Assembly (NCBI GenBank): GCA_028698185.1
Contig: JAQVDW010000002.1
Coordinates: forward strand, 124,108 to 156,107
From: Erysipelotrichaceae bacterium
GTDB taxonomy: Bacteria; Bacillota_I; Bacilli_A; Erysipelotrichales; Coprobacillaceae
Reading direction: 5' to 3'
DNA: 32,000 nt
Below the pieces are notes generated by a model, which saw nothing but the letters and a program-made list of their open reading frames with translations, ran no database searches and had not been told where the DNA came from. Below, piece by piece: positions 18,394 to 27,280 of this stretch (positions within the stretch are counted from its first letter, which is position 1; each line of letters starts with the position of its first letter). The position numbers were made by a program, and so were the translations under genes.

Positions 18394-19287
18394 CTAATAC
18401 CCCTTGCTTTCAAATATTTCCATTGTCGTGATTAATGTCGCCAATTTGTCCGGGCATGTCTCAATCAAAGGCAGACGGACCGTAGGTTTCATCAACCCCT
18501 TGTAGGCCAGTGCGGCCTTGGGCATGATAGGATTGACATCGATAAAGAGATTTCTCGAAACCGGCTCAAGATCATAGGCCAGTTCCCGTGCTTTGGCGTA
18601 ATCATTGTTCAGGATGTAATCGCAAAGCAGTTGGCATTCGCGAGGATAGACATTCGAAAGCACCGAAATCACGCCCTTGGCTCCTGCAGCCATCAAGGGC
18701 AGGATGTTGTCATCGCAGCCAGAGTAGACATCAAAATCATCATCACGTGTAGCAGAAAGAACCTGCATCGCATAGCTGATGTCATCTGTCGCATCCTTGA
18801 TTGCCACAATTCGGGGATGTTTTGCGAGTCGTTTTACGATGTCGACGCAAATATTCAATCCCGTTCTCCCTGGAACATTATAGACAATCATCGGCAGATC
18901 CGTCGTATCGGCAATCGCCGTGAAATGGCGATACAATCCTTCCTGACTGGTTTTATTGTAGTAAGGAGTGACAACCAGAATCCCGTCGACACCGGCTTTT
19001 TTGCAGTATAAAGCTTTTTTGATCGCTGTTCTTGTATCATTGGAACCGGCTCCGGAAATGACTTTGACATCATGTCCCTTGGCTTCTTCCATAGTGATAT
19101 CGATCAGCTTGAATTCATCCTCGATATCGATTGTCGCTGTTTCCCCGGTTGTTCCGTTTACAAGAAGCGCTTTTACGCCACCTGAAATCATTCTTCTGAT
19201 ATGTTGCCGAAATCCTTCAAAGTCTATTTCGCCATTTTCATGCATTGGCAGCACCAAAGCCACTGCCGATCCTTCAAATAATGCCAT
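18394..19287 (-). CDS. dapA: 4-hydroxy-tetrahydrodipicolinate synthase
   Basis: NGTTGE, TPYYNK and YNVPGRTG motifs, with a lysine in AIKDA. Confidence 0.9.
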   Translation of the reverse strand: MALFEGSAVALVLPMHENGEIDFEGFRQHIRRMISGGVKALLVNGTTGETATIDIEDEFKLIDITMEEAKGHDVKVISGAGSNDTRTAIKKALYCKKAGVDGILVVTPYYNKTSQEGLYRHFTAIADTTDLPMIVYNVPGRTGLNICVDIVKRLAKHPRIVAIKDATDDISYAMQVLSATRDDDFDVYSGCDDNILPLMAAGAKGVISVLSNVYPRECQLLCDYILNNDYAKARELAYDLEPVSRNLFIDVNPIMPKAALAYKGLMKPTVRLPLIETCPDKLATLITTMEIFESKGY

Positions 19288-19761
19288 CTATTTTTCCTCC
19301 ATGTTGAATGCTTCTTGAATTTTTTGAATTGCCAGCTGTTTGTTTTCCTTGTCGATCACAAACGATACTGTACGTTTCGAAGTCGATACTTGATAGAAAT
19401 GGATATTGTTGTCCCCTAATATGCTGAATATTTTCGCAGCCGCCCCTGGCGTGTCTTCCATCGCCCGGCCACCGACTGCCATCTTGAAGTATTTCTTCGA
19501 CAATGCCACCTCGATGTCGGCAAATTCATCTTTCAAAGATACTATTGCCTGGTTGAGCTCCTTCTGGTACTTGTCGTCACACGTCAATTCCAGATGCATC
19601 AGATCCTCGGTCATTACCTGGGAGATCATATCCAAATTAACTTTGGAGTCCGCCAAAATTTCAAAGATCCGGGCTATGTAACGTGGATGCTTTGGAACAT
19701 TTACCAGTCGGATCTGGATAATGTTGTCTTCAATGCTGAATGAGTCGATTACTTTTTCCAT
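19288..19761 (-). CDS. Stand-alone tandem-ACT protein resembling the regulatory C-terminal half (beta subunit) of aspartokinase
   Basis: VPKHPRYIARIFEILADSKVNLDMISQ and GRAMEDTPGAAAKIFSILGDNNIHFYQVSTSKRTVSFVID match the two ACT repeats of LysC-type aspartokinases. There is no kinase domain. The start is ATG 19761 (AAGGAGA plus 6 nt). Confidence 0.75.
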   Translation of the reverse strand: MEKVIDSFSIEDNIIQIRLVNVPKHPRYIARIFEILADSKVNLDMISQVMTEDLMHLELTCDDKYQKELNQAIVSLKDEFADIEVALSKKYFKMAVGGRAMEDTPGAAAKIFSILGDNNIHFYQVSTSKRTVSFVIDKENKQLAIQKIQEAFNMEEK

Positions 19762-19780
19762 AAAATTTCTCCTTTTATAT

Positions 19781-19813
19781 AAAAAAATGTTGCAACGAGA
19801 TATCATTGCAACA
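19781..19813 (-). terminator. Terminator of the lysine riboswitch expression platform
   Basis: On the minus strand, TGTTGCAA-loop-TTGCAACA followed by TTTTTTT. It lies 20 nt upstream of the ACT gene start. Confidence 0.8.
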
Positions 19814-19827
19814 AAAAACGTCGACAA

Positions 19828-19993
19828 ATGATAGCTCACCATTACTTACGCAATGACAGTCCAGTAGATATTCTCTAAAGAACCAGGCGATAATTTAATG
19901 CGCTAAATTACCCCTTCGGCAAAGTCCCCGCCACTAATACAAGTTCGCATTTTTCAATACTAGCTTCATGAACGTTTGCACCTCTATCTAAAT
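19828..19993 (-). ncRNA. Lysine riboswitch (L-box) aptamer
   Basis: The minus strand reads AGAUAGAGGUGC ... GGCGGGGACUUUGCCGAAGGGG ... CGCCUGGUUC ... CUGGACUGUCA. This matches the conserved blocks of the B. subtilis lysC leader. It sits upstream of a dapA-dapB-lysA operon. Confidence 0.85.
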
Positions 19994-20000
19994 TATGTAC

Positions 20001-20029
20001 AATATAACATATCAAATTCATCTTTACAA
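20001..20029 (-). promoter_or_regulatory. Promoter of the L-box operon
   Basis: The minus strand has TTGTAA (20029-20024), a 17-nt spacer and TATATT (20006-20001). That places the transcription start just before the aptamer. Confidence 0.6.
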
Positions 20030-20217
20030 CCTTTTTTTCATAACTCAATTATATCATAGTAAAATCATAAGTACACCTGATATTTGGTTTAAAATACAAA
20101 TATATTTACAGACATGTATTATTTATGTACCAATTTGACTTAATTTTTTGTTGATATTCGATAGTTTAAAGTGTATGCTTTTTCTATATATTTATTTTAG
20201 CTTACAAGGGAGCCATT

Positions 20218-20997
20218 ATGTTCAATTATTCAATCACTATTTGGTTTTTATATTTCTTTATCTATTGCTTTCTTGGTTGGATCTGGGAAACTTTTTACGA
20301 ATCCGTTCGCAATGGCCACTATATCAACCGAGGCTTCTTGAATGGACCATTCATTCCCATTTACGGTTTTGGGGCCTTATTCTGCCTGATAATTTATGAT
20401 CTGGTGGCATCGAACATCTGGTTCTATCTAGTCGTTTCGATAATTTTGGCCACCATAATGGAACTAGTTACCGGACTGACCATGGAGAAAATCTTCAAGG
20501 TCCGCTATTGGGACTACTCACATATTCCTTGGAACATCAAGGGCTATATCGCGCCGCAAGTTTCGGTATTCTGGGGCCTGCTGTCGTTGCTGATACCACG
20601 GTTCCTCCAGCCAAACATTTCCGGACTCGTTGAACGTTTCAACTACCAAACACTCGAAATTATCACATATGTTTTGACAATATATTTTGTGGTTGATTTG
20701 ACCTTGTCGGTTGTCGACGCCCTGAATTTACGTCACATTCTGATGATTTTGGATGAGAATCAGCTGGTCAAAAAATATAAAAGCTATACGCAGTCACTGG
20801 AAAACAACGTCAGCAAGCTGTCGAAATTGTCAAAAGACAATTATGAATTCCTGGTCAAGAACTTTTACGACATCGACAACCGCACCAGTTCGCACCGTCG
20901 TATTCTGGCCATGTTGAAGCGCAATCCGACCGCGGTATCCAAGAGATATTCCAAGGCGTTAAAACAAATTCAAAATCACCTTAAGAATCGTTTCTGA
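20218..20997 (+). CDS. Polytopic membrane protein of the 'putative ABC-transporter type IV' family (PF06541-like) with a hydrophilic C-terminal tail
   Basis: FFIYCFLGWIWETFYESV ... FLNGPFIPIYGFGA is characteristic of that family. RBS AAGGGAG lies 5 nt before the ATG. Confidence 0.65.
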   Translation: MFNYSITIWFLYFFIYCFLGWIWETFYESVRNGHYINRGFLNGPFIPIYGFGALFCLIIYDLVASNIWFYLVVSIILATIMELVTGLTMEKIFKVRYWDYSHIPWNIKGYIAPQVSVFWGLLSLLIPRFLQPNISGLVERFNYQTLEIITYVLTIYFVVDLTLSVVDALNLRHILMILDENQLVKKYKSYTQSLENNVSKLSKLSKDNYEFLVKNFYDIDNRTSSHRRILAMLKRNPTAVSKRYSKALKQIQNHLKNRF

Positions 20998-21021
20998 TCA
21001 TTAGATTGGAAACGATTTTTT
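20986..21021 (+). terminator. Terminator of the PF06541-like gene
   Basis: AATCGTTTC-loop-GAAACGATT followed by TTTT. The 5' arm overlaps the last codons. Confidence 0.7.
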
Positions 21022-21036
21022 CACATTATTAATTAG

Positions 21037-21087
21037 TTGACAAACTATTTTATATAGCTTACTATATATATTACATAGCGTGCTATG
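21037..21087 (+). promoter_or_regulatory. marR-ABC operon promoter with a palindromic candidate operator
   Basis: TTGACA (21037-21042), 17 nt, TACTAT (21060-21065). A perfect inverted repeat CATAGC-GT-GCTATG (21074-21087) lies just downstream. Confidence 0.55.
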
Positions 21088-21107
21088 CAAGATGGGAGGA
21101 GAACGGA

Positions 21108-21545
21108 ATGACTACATTCAGAGCCGGTTATTTGTTCAAAAAGATAACTGAAAAAATCGGATACAAACTAAACAGCGAACTGGAACAATACGATTTGACA
21201 CTTTCACAGCTGCGGGTATTGACCATGATCATTGACGCGCACAACGACAATCAGAGTATCGTCCAGAGGGATATCGAATCTGAACTCAAGCTTTCGAACC
21301 CGACGGTCACAGGCATAATCAAGAGGCTCGAACTTAAGGATTATGTCATCAAGAAGTCATGCAGCAATGACAAGCGGGCGAATTATCTGCTGCCGACCGC
21401 CAAGGCGATTGCAATAGGGAAAAAAATTCCGCAGATATTCGATAAAAGCTCCGAGCTCCTGCTTAGCTGCCTGTCAAAAGAGGAACAGGACAATCTCAAA
21501 GATTACCTGAACCGCATACTTAAAAATTTGGAGGAACATTTATGA
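21108..21545 (+). CDS. MarR-family transcriptional regulator
   Basis: Winged-helix pattern (LTLSQLRVLTMI ... QRDIESELKLSNPTVTGIIKRLELKDYV ... DKRANYL). Confidence 0.9.
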   Translation: MTTFRAGYLFKKITEKIGYKLNSELEQYDLTLSQLRVLTMIIDAHNDNQSIVQRDIESELKLSNPTVTGIIKRLELKDYVIKKSCSNDKRANYLLPTAKAIAIGKKIPQIFDKSSELLLSCLSKEEQDNLKDYLNRILKNLEEHL

Positions 21546-23287
21546 TAAAAGAAATTGGAAAAATACTCACATTGTTAAAGGAGTACAAAAAGCCGACCAT
21601 AATATCCATGGCGACCTTGTCTATCCAGGTGATTTTGGAAGTGCTATTGCCATACATCATCGCTTTGATCATCGACCGGGGCGTTATGGAATCAAACATC
21701 ACCGCTATCGTTCAATATGGTTTGCTGATGCTTCTTTGCACGGTGCTGTCACTGCTAATTGGAATCTATTCAAAGCGCCAATCGTCTTTGGCAGCGACAG
21801 GATTTGCGAAAAACATCCGCAAGGAGGTTTTTTACAACATCCAGAACTTCTCTTTCAACAACATAGACAAATATTCTTCATCAAGCCTGATCACAAGGCT
21901 GACAACCGACGTCACAAACATCCAGAACTCATACATGATGATCCTGATGATAATTGTCCGGTCTCCTCTTTCTTTGATTATGGCCCTGTTCTTGACATTT
22001 ACCATTTCACCAAGGCTTTCGGTCGTCTATCTTGTGGCTTCATTGTTCCTTGGGGTTATCCTGTATTTTCTGTTGTCCCATGCCATTCCGACATTCAACA
22101 AGACTTTCGAGCAGTATGACAAACTCAATGCTTCGATTCAGGAAAACATCAACAATATCCGCGATGTCAAAGCCTATGTCCAAGAAAGCAAGGAAATCGA
22201 AAAATTCTCTTTTGCCTCTTACAGTCTCTATCGGATGTTCAAGAAAGCCGAATCGATTGTTGTCATCAACTCCCCAGTGATGCAATTTACAATGTATGGA
22301 GCCATCATCGCAATATCATTCCTAGGCGCCAATTACATCGTTGACGGGTCAATGGCCATCGGGGAGTTGTCATCGGTTCTTTCATATACCACAAACATCA
22401 TGATGTCATTGATGATGTTTTCAATGATATTTGTCCTGCTGTCGATATCGATTGCCTCAATCAAAAGGGTAAATGCCATCATCGATGAAATTCCAACACT
22501 GACCAATCCTGACAAGCCAATCACGGCCATCAAAGACGGTTCGATCAGCTTTGAAAATGTGAATTTCTCATATTTTGGCAATCTTGACAATCTCAGTCTC
22601 AAGAACATCAACCTAGATATCCAATCAGGGCAGACAATAGGGATCATCGGGGGGACCGGATCATCGAAATCGACGCTGGTACAGCTGGTATCCCGTCTCT
22701 ATGATGTCACCTCAGGCAGCCTAAAAGTTGGCGGAGTCGACGTAAAAGACTATGACATCAAATCATTGCGTGACAATGTGGCTGTCGTTTTGCAAAAAAA
22801 CGTTCTCTTTACCGGGACAATCGCCGACAATATCCGCTGGGGCAAACCTGATGCCTCAATCGAAGAGATTGAAGAAGTATGCCGCATCGCCCAGGCTGAA
22901 GAGTTCATCTCCCGGATGCCCGATGGCTACCAAAGCAAGATCGAACGGGGCGGCGTGAACGTCTCTGGTGGTCAAAAGCAGCGTCTCACAATCGCCCGGG
23001 CCCTGATCAAAAATCCAAAAATTCTGATTCTCGATGACTCGACCAGCGCAGTCGACACTGCGACCGACCATCTGATTCAAGAGGGATTCAAAAACAGAAT
23101 AAAAGAAACCACCAAAATAATCATCGCGCAGCGAATTTCCTCTGTTCAAAACGCCGACAAGATCATTGTCATGGACGATGGACAAATCGAGTCAATGGGA
23201 ACCCATGCGCAGTTGCTTGAAATTTCTCCTATTTATCAAGATGTTTACAATACCCAAATCAAAGGAGGTATCGAAGATGAAAAATAA
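21542..23287 (+). CDS. ABC exporter, fused permease-ATPase (type I exporter half-transporter)
   Basis: Six-helix transmembrane domain, then Walker A GGTGSSKST, signature SGGQKQR and Walker B ILILDD. ATGA overlap with marR. Confidence 0.9.
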   Translation: MIKEIGKILTLLKEYKKPTIISMATLSIQVILEVLLPYIIALIIDRGVMESNITAIVQYGLLMLLCTVLSLLIGIYSKRQSSLAATGFAKNIRKEVFYNIQNFSFNNIDKYSSSSLITRLTTDVTNIQNSYMMILMIIVRSPLSLIMALFLTFTISPRLSVVYLVASLFLGVILYFLLSHAIPTFNKTFEQYDKLNASIQENINNIRDVKAYVQESKEIEKFSFASYSLYRMFKKAESIVVINSPVMQFTMYGAIIAISFLGANYIVDGSMAIGELSSVLSYTTNIMMSLMMFSMIFVLLSISIASIKRVNAIIDEIPTLTNPDKPITAIKDGSISFENVNFSYFGNLDNLSLKNINLDIQSGQTIGIIGGTGSSKSTLVQLVSRLYDVTSGSLKVGGVDVKDYDIKSLRDNVAVVLQKNVLFTGTIADNIRWGKPDASIEEIEEVCRIAQAEEFISRMPDGYQSKIERGGVNVSGGQKQRLTIARALIKNPKILILDDSTSAVDTATDHLIQEGFKNRIKETTKIIIAQRISSVQNADKIIVMDDGQIESMGTHAQLLEISPIYQDVYNTQIKGGIEDEK

Positions 23288-25139
23288 GAACGCCCTTCAG
23301 GAATATAAACGTTTAGGTCGATATATCTTCCAAAAATACAAACTCAGAATAGCGGCAGTGTCCCTGTTTTTGATTCTCTCATCGCTGACCTCGGTTGTCA
23401 GCTCGTTGTTCTTGAGATCATTGATTGATGACTACATCGCTCCGATGCTGTCGCAGGCAACTCCGGATTTCGCGCCACTTATCAATGCCCTGTTTAAAAT
23501 AGCCGGCATCTTCATTTTCGGGGTAGTCGCCACATATCTCTACAGTTACCTGCTTATCGAAATAACCCAGGGCACACTAGACAGCCTGCGCAAGGATCTG
23601 TTTGAAAAAATGGAGACCCTGCCGCTACGCTATTTTGACACAACAGCGCATGGTGATATCATGTCAGTTTATACAAACGACACCGATACCATCCGGCAGG
23701 TGATATCCCAGTCCATACCCCAAACATTCTCGTCAATCGTGACGATCATCGGGGTCGTATTTTCAATGCTCTACACCTCTTGGCTTTTGACCCTGATCAT
23801 TATTATGTTCATATTCATAATGCAAAAAACTATCAAGTTCCTGGGAAGCCAATCATCAAAACATTTCCGCCAACAGCAGGGAAACCTTGGGAAGATCAAC
23901 GGATACATCGAAGAAATGATGGAAGGTCAGCGGGTCGTAAAAGTGTTCAACCACGAAAAGCAGGCCTGCCAGGAATTCGACAAATTGAATGAAGAGCTTT
24001 TCGAATCAGCCTTCAATGCGAACAAATACTCTTCTACTTTGATGCCAATCGTCATGAACCTTGGCAATCTATCGTATGTTTTCTCCGCCATGCTTGGAGG
24101 CGTTTTTGCAGTCAACGGCATCGGCGCCCTGACTATCGGCGGGCTTGTTTCATTCCTGCAATTGAACCGTTCATTTTCAATGCCGATATCCCAGATATCC
24201 CAACAATTCAACGCCATCATCATGGCCAGTGCAGGGATAAACAGGATTTTTGCCCTTCTTGATCAGACACCTGAACAGGATGAGGGAATCGTCTCCCTTG
24301 TCAATGTGGAAAAGAGAGACAATAAGCTGTTTGAGACAGGCAAGCGGACCGAACATTGGGCCTGGCGTCATACGCGAATGGACGGCTCAGTTGAACTGGT
24401 TGAACTTGCCGGCGACATCAGTTTCAATAATGTCGATTTCTCTTACAACAAGGAAAAACAGATCCTGTTCGATATCGACATGTATGCCAAACCCGGCCAG
24501 AAAATCGCACTTGTCGGAGCTACTGGTGCCGGAAAGACGACTATAACCAATCTAATCAATCGCTTTTATGATATCCAAGCTGGAACAATCATATATGATG
24601 GTATCGATATCAAGACCATCAGGAAAAACGATCTGCGCAAATCGCTTGGTATTGTGCTTCAGGATACAAATCTTTTCAGCGGCACTATCAAGGACAACAT
24701 CCGCTACTCGAATCCTCAAGCCAGCGATGACGAGGTCATTGCGGCTGCCAAACTTGCCAATGCCCACAGTTTCATCAAACATCTCGAAAATGGCTATGAT
24801 ACGGTTATCGATGGCCATGGCGAAAATCTATCGCAAGGACAGCGCCAGCTTCTTTCAATCGCCCGCGCGGCACTCGCAAACCCTCCAGTGCTTATTCTTG
24901 ATGAGGCAACGTCCAGCATTGACACCAGAACCGAGAAAATAGTCCAAAAGGGGATGGACAAGTTGATGGAGGGACGGACGGTTTTTGTCATCGCCCATCG
25001 GCTGTCAACCATTGTCAATTCAGACGTCATCATGGTAATGGACCAGGGAAAAATCATTGAAAGAGGAAACCATGAAACTCTTTTGAAGCAAGCGGGAATT
25101 TACCACAAGCTATATACCGGAAGTATCGAGCTAAGTTAA
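23277..25139 (+). CDS. ABC exporter, fused permease-ATPase, partner half-transporter
   Basis: Walker A GATGAGKTT, signature SQGQRQ and Walker B LILDEAT. The start is ATG 23277 after AGGAGG and overlaps the upstream gene by 11 nt. The track start at 23166 lies inside the previous gene. Confidence 0.9.
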   Translation: MKNKNALQEYKRLGRYIFQKYKLRIAAVSLFLILSSLTSVVSSLFLRSLIDDYIAPMLSQATPDFAPLINALFKIAGIFIFGVVATYLYSYLLIEITQGTLDSLRKDLFEKMETLPLRYFDTTAHGDIMSVYTNDTDTIRQVISQSIPQTFSSIVTIIGVVFSMLYTSWLLTLIIIMFIFIMQKTIKFLGSQSSKHFRQQQGNLGKINGYIEEMMEGQRVVKVFNHEKQACQEFDKLNEELFESAFNANKYSSTLMPIVMNLGNLSYVFSAMLGGVFAVNGIGALTIGGLVSFLQLNRSFSMPISQISQQFNAIIMASAGINRIFALLDQTPEQDEGIVSLVNVEKRDNKLFETGKRTEHWAWRHTRMDGSVELVELAGDISFNNVDFSYNKEKQILFDIDMYAKPGQKIALVGATGAGKTTITNLINRFYDIQAGTIIYDGIDIKTIRKNDLRKSLGIVLQDTNLFSGTIKDNIRYSNPQASDDEVIAAAKLANAHSFIKHLENGYDTVIDGHGENLSQGQRQLLSIARAALANPPVLILDEATSSIDTRTEKIVQKGMDKLMEGRTVFVIAHRLSTIVNSDVIMVMDQGKIIERGNHETLLKQAGIYHKLYTGSIELS

Positions 25140-25168
25140 AGTCAGGCCTTAGGGCTTGACTTTTTTTC
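25139..25168 (+). terminator. ABC exporter operon terminator
   Basis: AAGTCAGGCC-TTAG-GGCTTGACTT (one G-U pair) followed by TTTTT. Confidence 0.75.
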
Positions 25169-25173
25169 ATACC

Positions 25174-25225
25174 ATTTAGATATTTATCTAAATAGCTTGC
25201 ATTAATTCATTTTGTGGATTATAAT
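25174..25225 (+). promoter_or_regulatory. sdpR-like promoter preceded by a perfect 20-bp palindrome (candidate ArsR-family operator)
   Basis: ATTTAGATA-TT-TATCTAAAT (25174-25193), then TTGCAT (25197-25202), 17 nt, TATAAT (25220-25225). A second inverted repeat, TCTATTT...AAATAGA, lies at 25226-25251. Confidence 0.65.
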
Positions 25226-25260
25226 CTATTTAGAAAAATATCGAAATAGAGGTGAAAACG

Positions 25261-25542
25261 ATGAGCTTTCAGGAAACTTTCAAAGCAATCTCCCATCCGG
25301 TTCGGCGCGAAATTCTAAATATCCTTAAAAACGGGGATGTCAGTGCTACCGAGATTGCAGAAAAATTCAATCTGACAAATGCGACAATATCCCACCATCT
25401 GTCAGTGTTGAAAAAATGCGATTTGATCAGCGAACAGAAATACAAGAACTACATCTACTATCGGATCAACACATCAGTAGTCGAGAGCATGATGGTTTAT
25501 TTGTCACAATTCACCGGAGGAAACAAAAATGAAAAAGATTAA
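25261..25542 (+). CDS. ArsR-family (SdpR-like) transcriptional repressor
   Basis: FKAISHPVRREILNIL ... ATEIAEKFNLTNATISHHLSVLKKCDLI is the ArsR helix-turn-helix. The start is ATG 25261 (GAGGTGA plus 5 nt). Confidence 0.85.
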   Translation: MSFQETFKAISHPVRREILNILKNGDVSATEIAEKFNLTNATISHHLSVLKKCDLISEQKYKNYIYYRINTSVVESMMVYLSQFTGGNKNEKD

Positions 25543-26176
25543 CCATAGAATTCTTATAATTTCAACATTGATATGTCTTGCCCCCATATTGATCGGCCTG
25601 TACTTTTACAATCAACTGCCGGATTTGATGCCATCACATTGGAATATCAGCGGGGAAATTGACGGCTATCTGCCCAAAAATATCGCAGTATTCGGACTCC
25701 CGGTATTCATGGCCGCGATAAATTTCCTTGTCATAGTAGCCACCCAGCTGGACCCCAAAAGGCAAAGCAATCCTGACAAACTGGTGAACAAGATATATTG
25801 GCTGATCCCGATTCTTTCAGTTTTGCTTTCGGTCATAACTTACCGGGTCGCACTTAATCATGATGTCGATGTGGCCACCACTGTGGTCGCCTTTGTGGGT
25901 ATCATCTTCATGGTAATCGGCAATTACCTGCCAAAGATAAAACAAAATTATACTATCGGAATAAAGATACCTTGGACATTGAATAACGAGGATGTCTGGT
26001 TCAAAACGCACCGTCTCGCTGGAACAATCTGGTTTGCCGGCGGGCTGGTTATTTTTGTCTGCGCCTTTGTCTCCGGTTTCGTTGCCGCGATCGCTCTTGG
26101 GGCATTTATCGTTGCCGGAGTTTTCGTTCCGACCATTTATGCCTACTACACTTACAAAAAAATAGAAGGAAAATAA
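25529..26176 (+). CDS. SdpI/YhfL-family membrane protein (DUF1648 plus SdpI immunity-type domain)
   Basis: N-terminal YNQLPDLMPSHWNISGEIDGY (DUF1648 type) and C-terminal NYTIGIKIPWTLNNEDVWFKTHR (SdpI type). It overlaps the ArsR gene by 14 nt. Confidence 0.75.
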   Translation: MKKINHRILIISTLICLAPILIGLYFYNQLPDLMPSHWNISGEIDGYLPKNIAVFGLPVFMAAINFLVIVATQLDPKRQSNPDKLVNKIYWLIPILSVLLSVITYRVALNHDVDVATTVVAFVGIIFMVIGNYLPKIKQNYTIGIKIPWTLNNEDVWFKTHRLAGTIWFAGGLVIFVCAFVSGFVAAIALGAFIVAGVFVPTIYAYYTYKKIEGK

Positions 26177-26199
26177 GTCCACATAATGTGGACTTATTT
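26171..26199. terminator. Bidirectional terminator shared by convergent genes
   Basis: A 13-bp perfect stem, AAATAAGTCCACA / TGTGGACTTATTT. Both stop codons (26174-26176 and 26194-26196) lie inside the arms. Confidence 0.7.
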
Positions 26200-26772
26200 T
26201 CTTATTGTCTTCACTGTTATCACTATTATCAGCAGCGGCAACACTATCAACAAAAACGGAGCGGCGATAATGACCAGTTCCCGCGAAAGCCGTGACTTTT
26301 TAACCGGCTTGTTTTTTAACCGGTCTTTAAAGTTGAGCCAGGCAATTCCATAAGCGTTGCCAAACATGATGATGTCAATGACCTTTCTTATCGCCTCTGC
26401 TTTTTCCCTTCCATAATATGCCCGCAGTTTGAACAGGGCATTTCCATCCGGGTTGCCCCTGGTGTAGGCATAATGTTGGGCGAAGATTACGGCCATCTTC
26501 TGATCATCGGGGATATTTTCGAAATCGCCGCTAAGAATTTCGTCAATCTCCAATTGGCTGATTCCCGACTTGAAGGCAATTTTTGTGTGCTCATAGCTAC
26601 AGATCGAGCAGCCATTGACTTGGGTGACTGCAAGCATGATCCGCTCGATGAACTGCTTGTCAATAAGATTATCTCTTTTGATTTTCCTCATTGTTCTGGC
26701 TGCCAATATCATCCTAGAAAATTGCTTCGTGTATTCCTTAATGCTGGTTGTTGCCATTCTTTCATTCATCAT
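26194..26772 (-). CDS. Carboxymuconolactone decarboxylase / AhpD-like family protein with a C-terminal transmembrane anchor
   Basis: VNGCSICSYEHT matches the AhpD-core CxxCxxxH motif. It has a hydrophobic C-terminus, IIAAPFLLIVLPLLIIVITV. Confidence 0.6.
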   Translation of the reverse strand: MMNERMATTSIKEYTKQFSRMILAARTMRKIKRDNLIDKQFIERIMLAVTQVNGCSICSYEHTKIAFKSGISQLEIDEILSGDFENIPDDQKMAVIFAQHYAYTRGNPDGNALFKLRAYYGREKAEAIRKVIDIIMFGNAYGIAWLNFKDRLKNKPVKKSRLSRELVIIAAPFLLIVLPLLIIVITVKTIRK

Positions 26773-26856
26773 ATATCACTCCTTACCTAAACTTTATCAT
26801 ATTTTAGCTCTATTGTTAAAAACAAAGCCCTTGTTACTTCAAAAAAGTTAGCTTCC

Positions 26857-26884
26857 TTGACATTGGTCCAACAAATGCTATAGT
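26857..26884 (+). promoter_or_regulatory. Promoter of the arsC-family / phospholipase C-family gene pair
   Basis: TTGACA (26857-26862), 16 nt, TATAGT (26879-26884), with TGc immediately upstream (extended -10). Confidence 0.55.
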
Positions 26885-26925
26885 TAATATAGTACCAATT
26901 ACCACCAAAACAAAGGAGAACAGAC

Positions 26926-27279
26926 ATGATATATCTCTACGGATACAAGAAATGTTCGACCTGCCAAAAGGCAATCAGAATGCTAAATCAGCTCGAACTC
27001 GAATACTCATTTCATGATTTCATTGAAACCAACCTGGATATTTCTACAATCGAGAGAATCCATAAAAAAAGTAAAACCGGGCTGGACAAACTTTTCAACA
27101 CAAGAGGCAAGAAATTCCAGGAACTGAAGTTGAAAGAACGGCTTCTTGAGATGTCCGACTCAAATAAAATTGAATTGCTTAGCGGCGACGGCTACCTTAT
27201 AAAAAGGCCGATTCTCGAGAGCGAAGATATCGTTATCATCGGTTACGATGAAGAACTGTACAAACAGCTAGGAGAATAA
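26926..27279 (+). CDS. ArsC/Spx/YffB-family thioredoxin-fold protein
   Basis: MIYLYGYKKCSTCQKA (N-terminal CxxC) and LIKRPIL, about 117 aa, typical of PF03960-type proteins. Confidence 0.75.
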   Translation: MIYLYGYKKCSTCQKAIRMLNQLELEYSFHDFIETNLDISTIERIHKKSKTGLDKLFNTRGKKFQELKLKERLLEMSDSNKIELLSGDGYLIKRPILESEDIVIIGYDEELYKQLGE

Positions 27280-27280
27280 C

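Noticed and set aside
20148-20399. 83-aa ORF overlapping the start of the PF06541-like gene
   Set aside because: It is in a different frame from a gene with a good RBS and a family signature, and has no RBS of its own.
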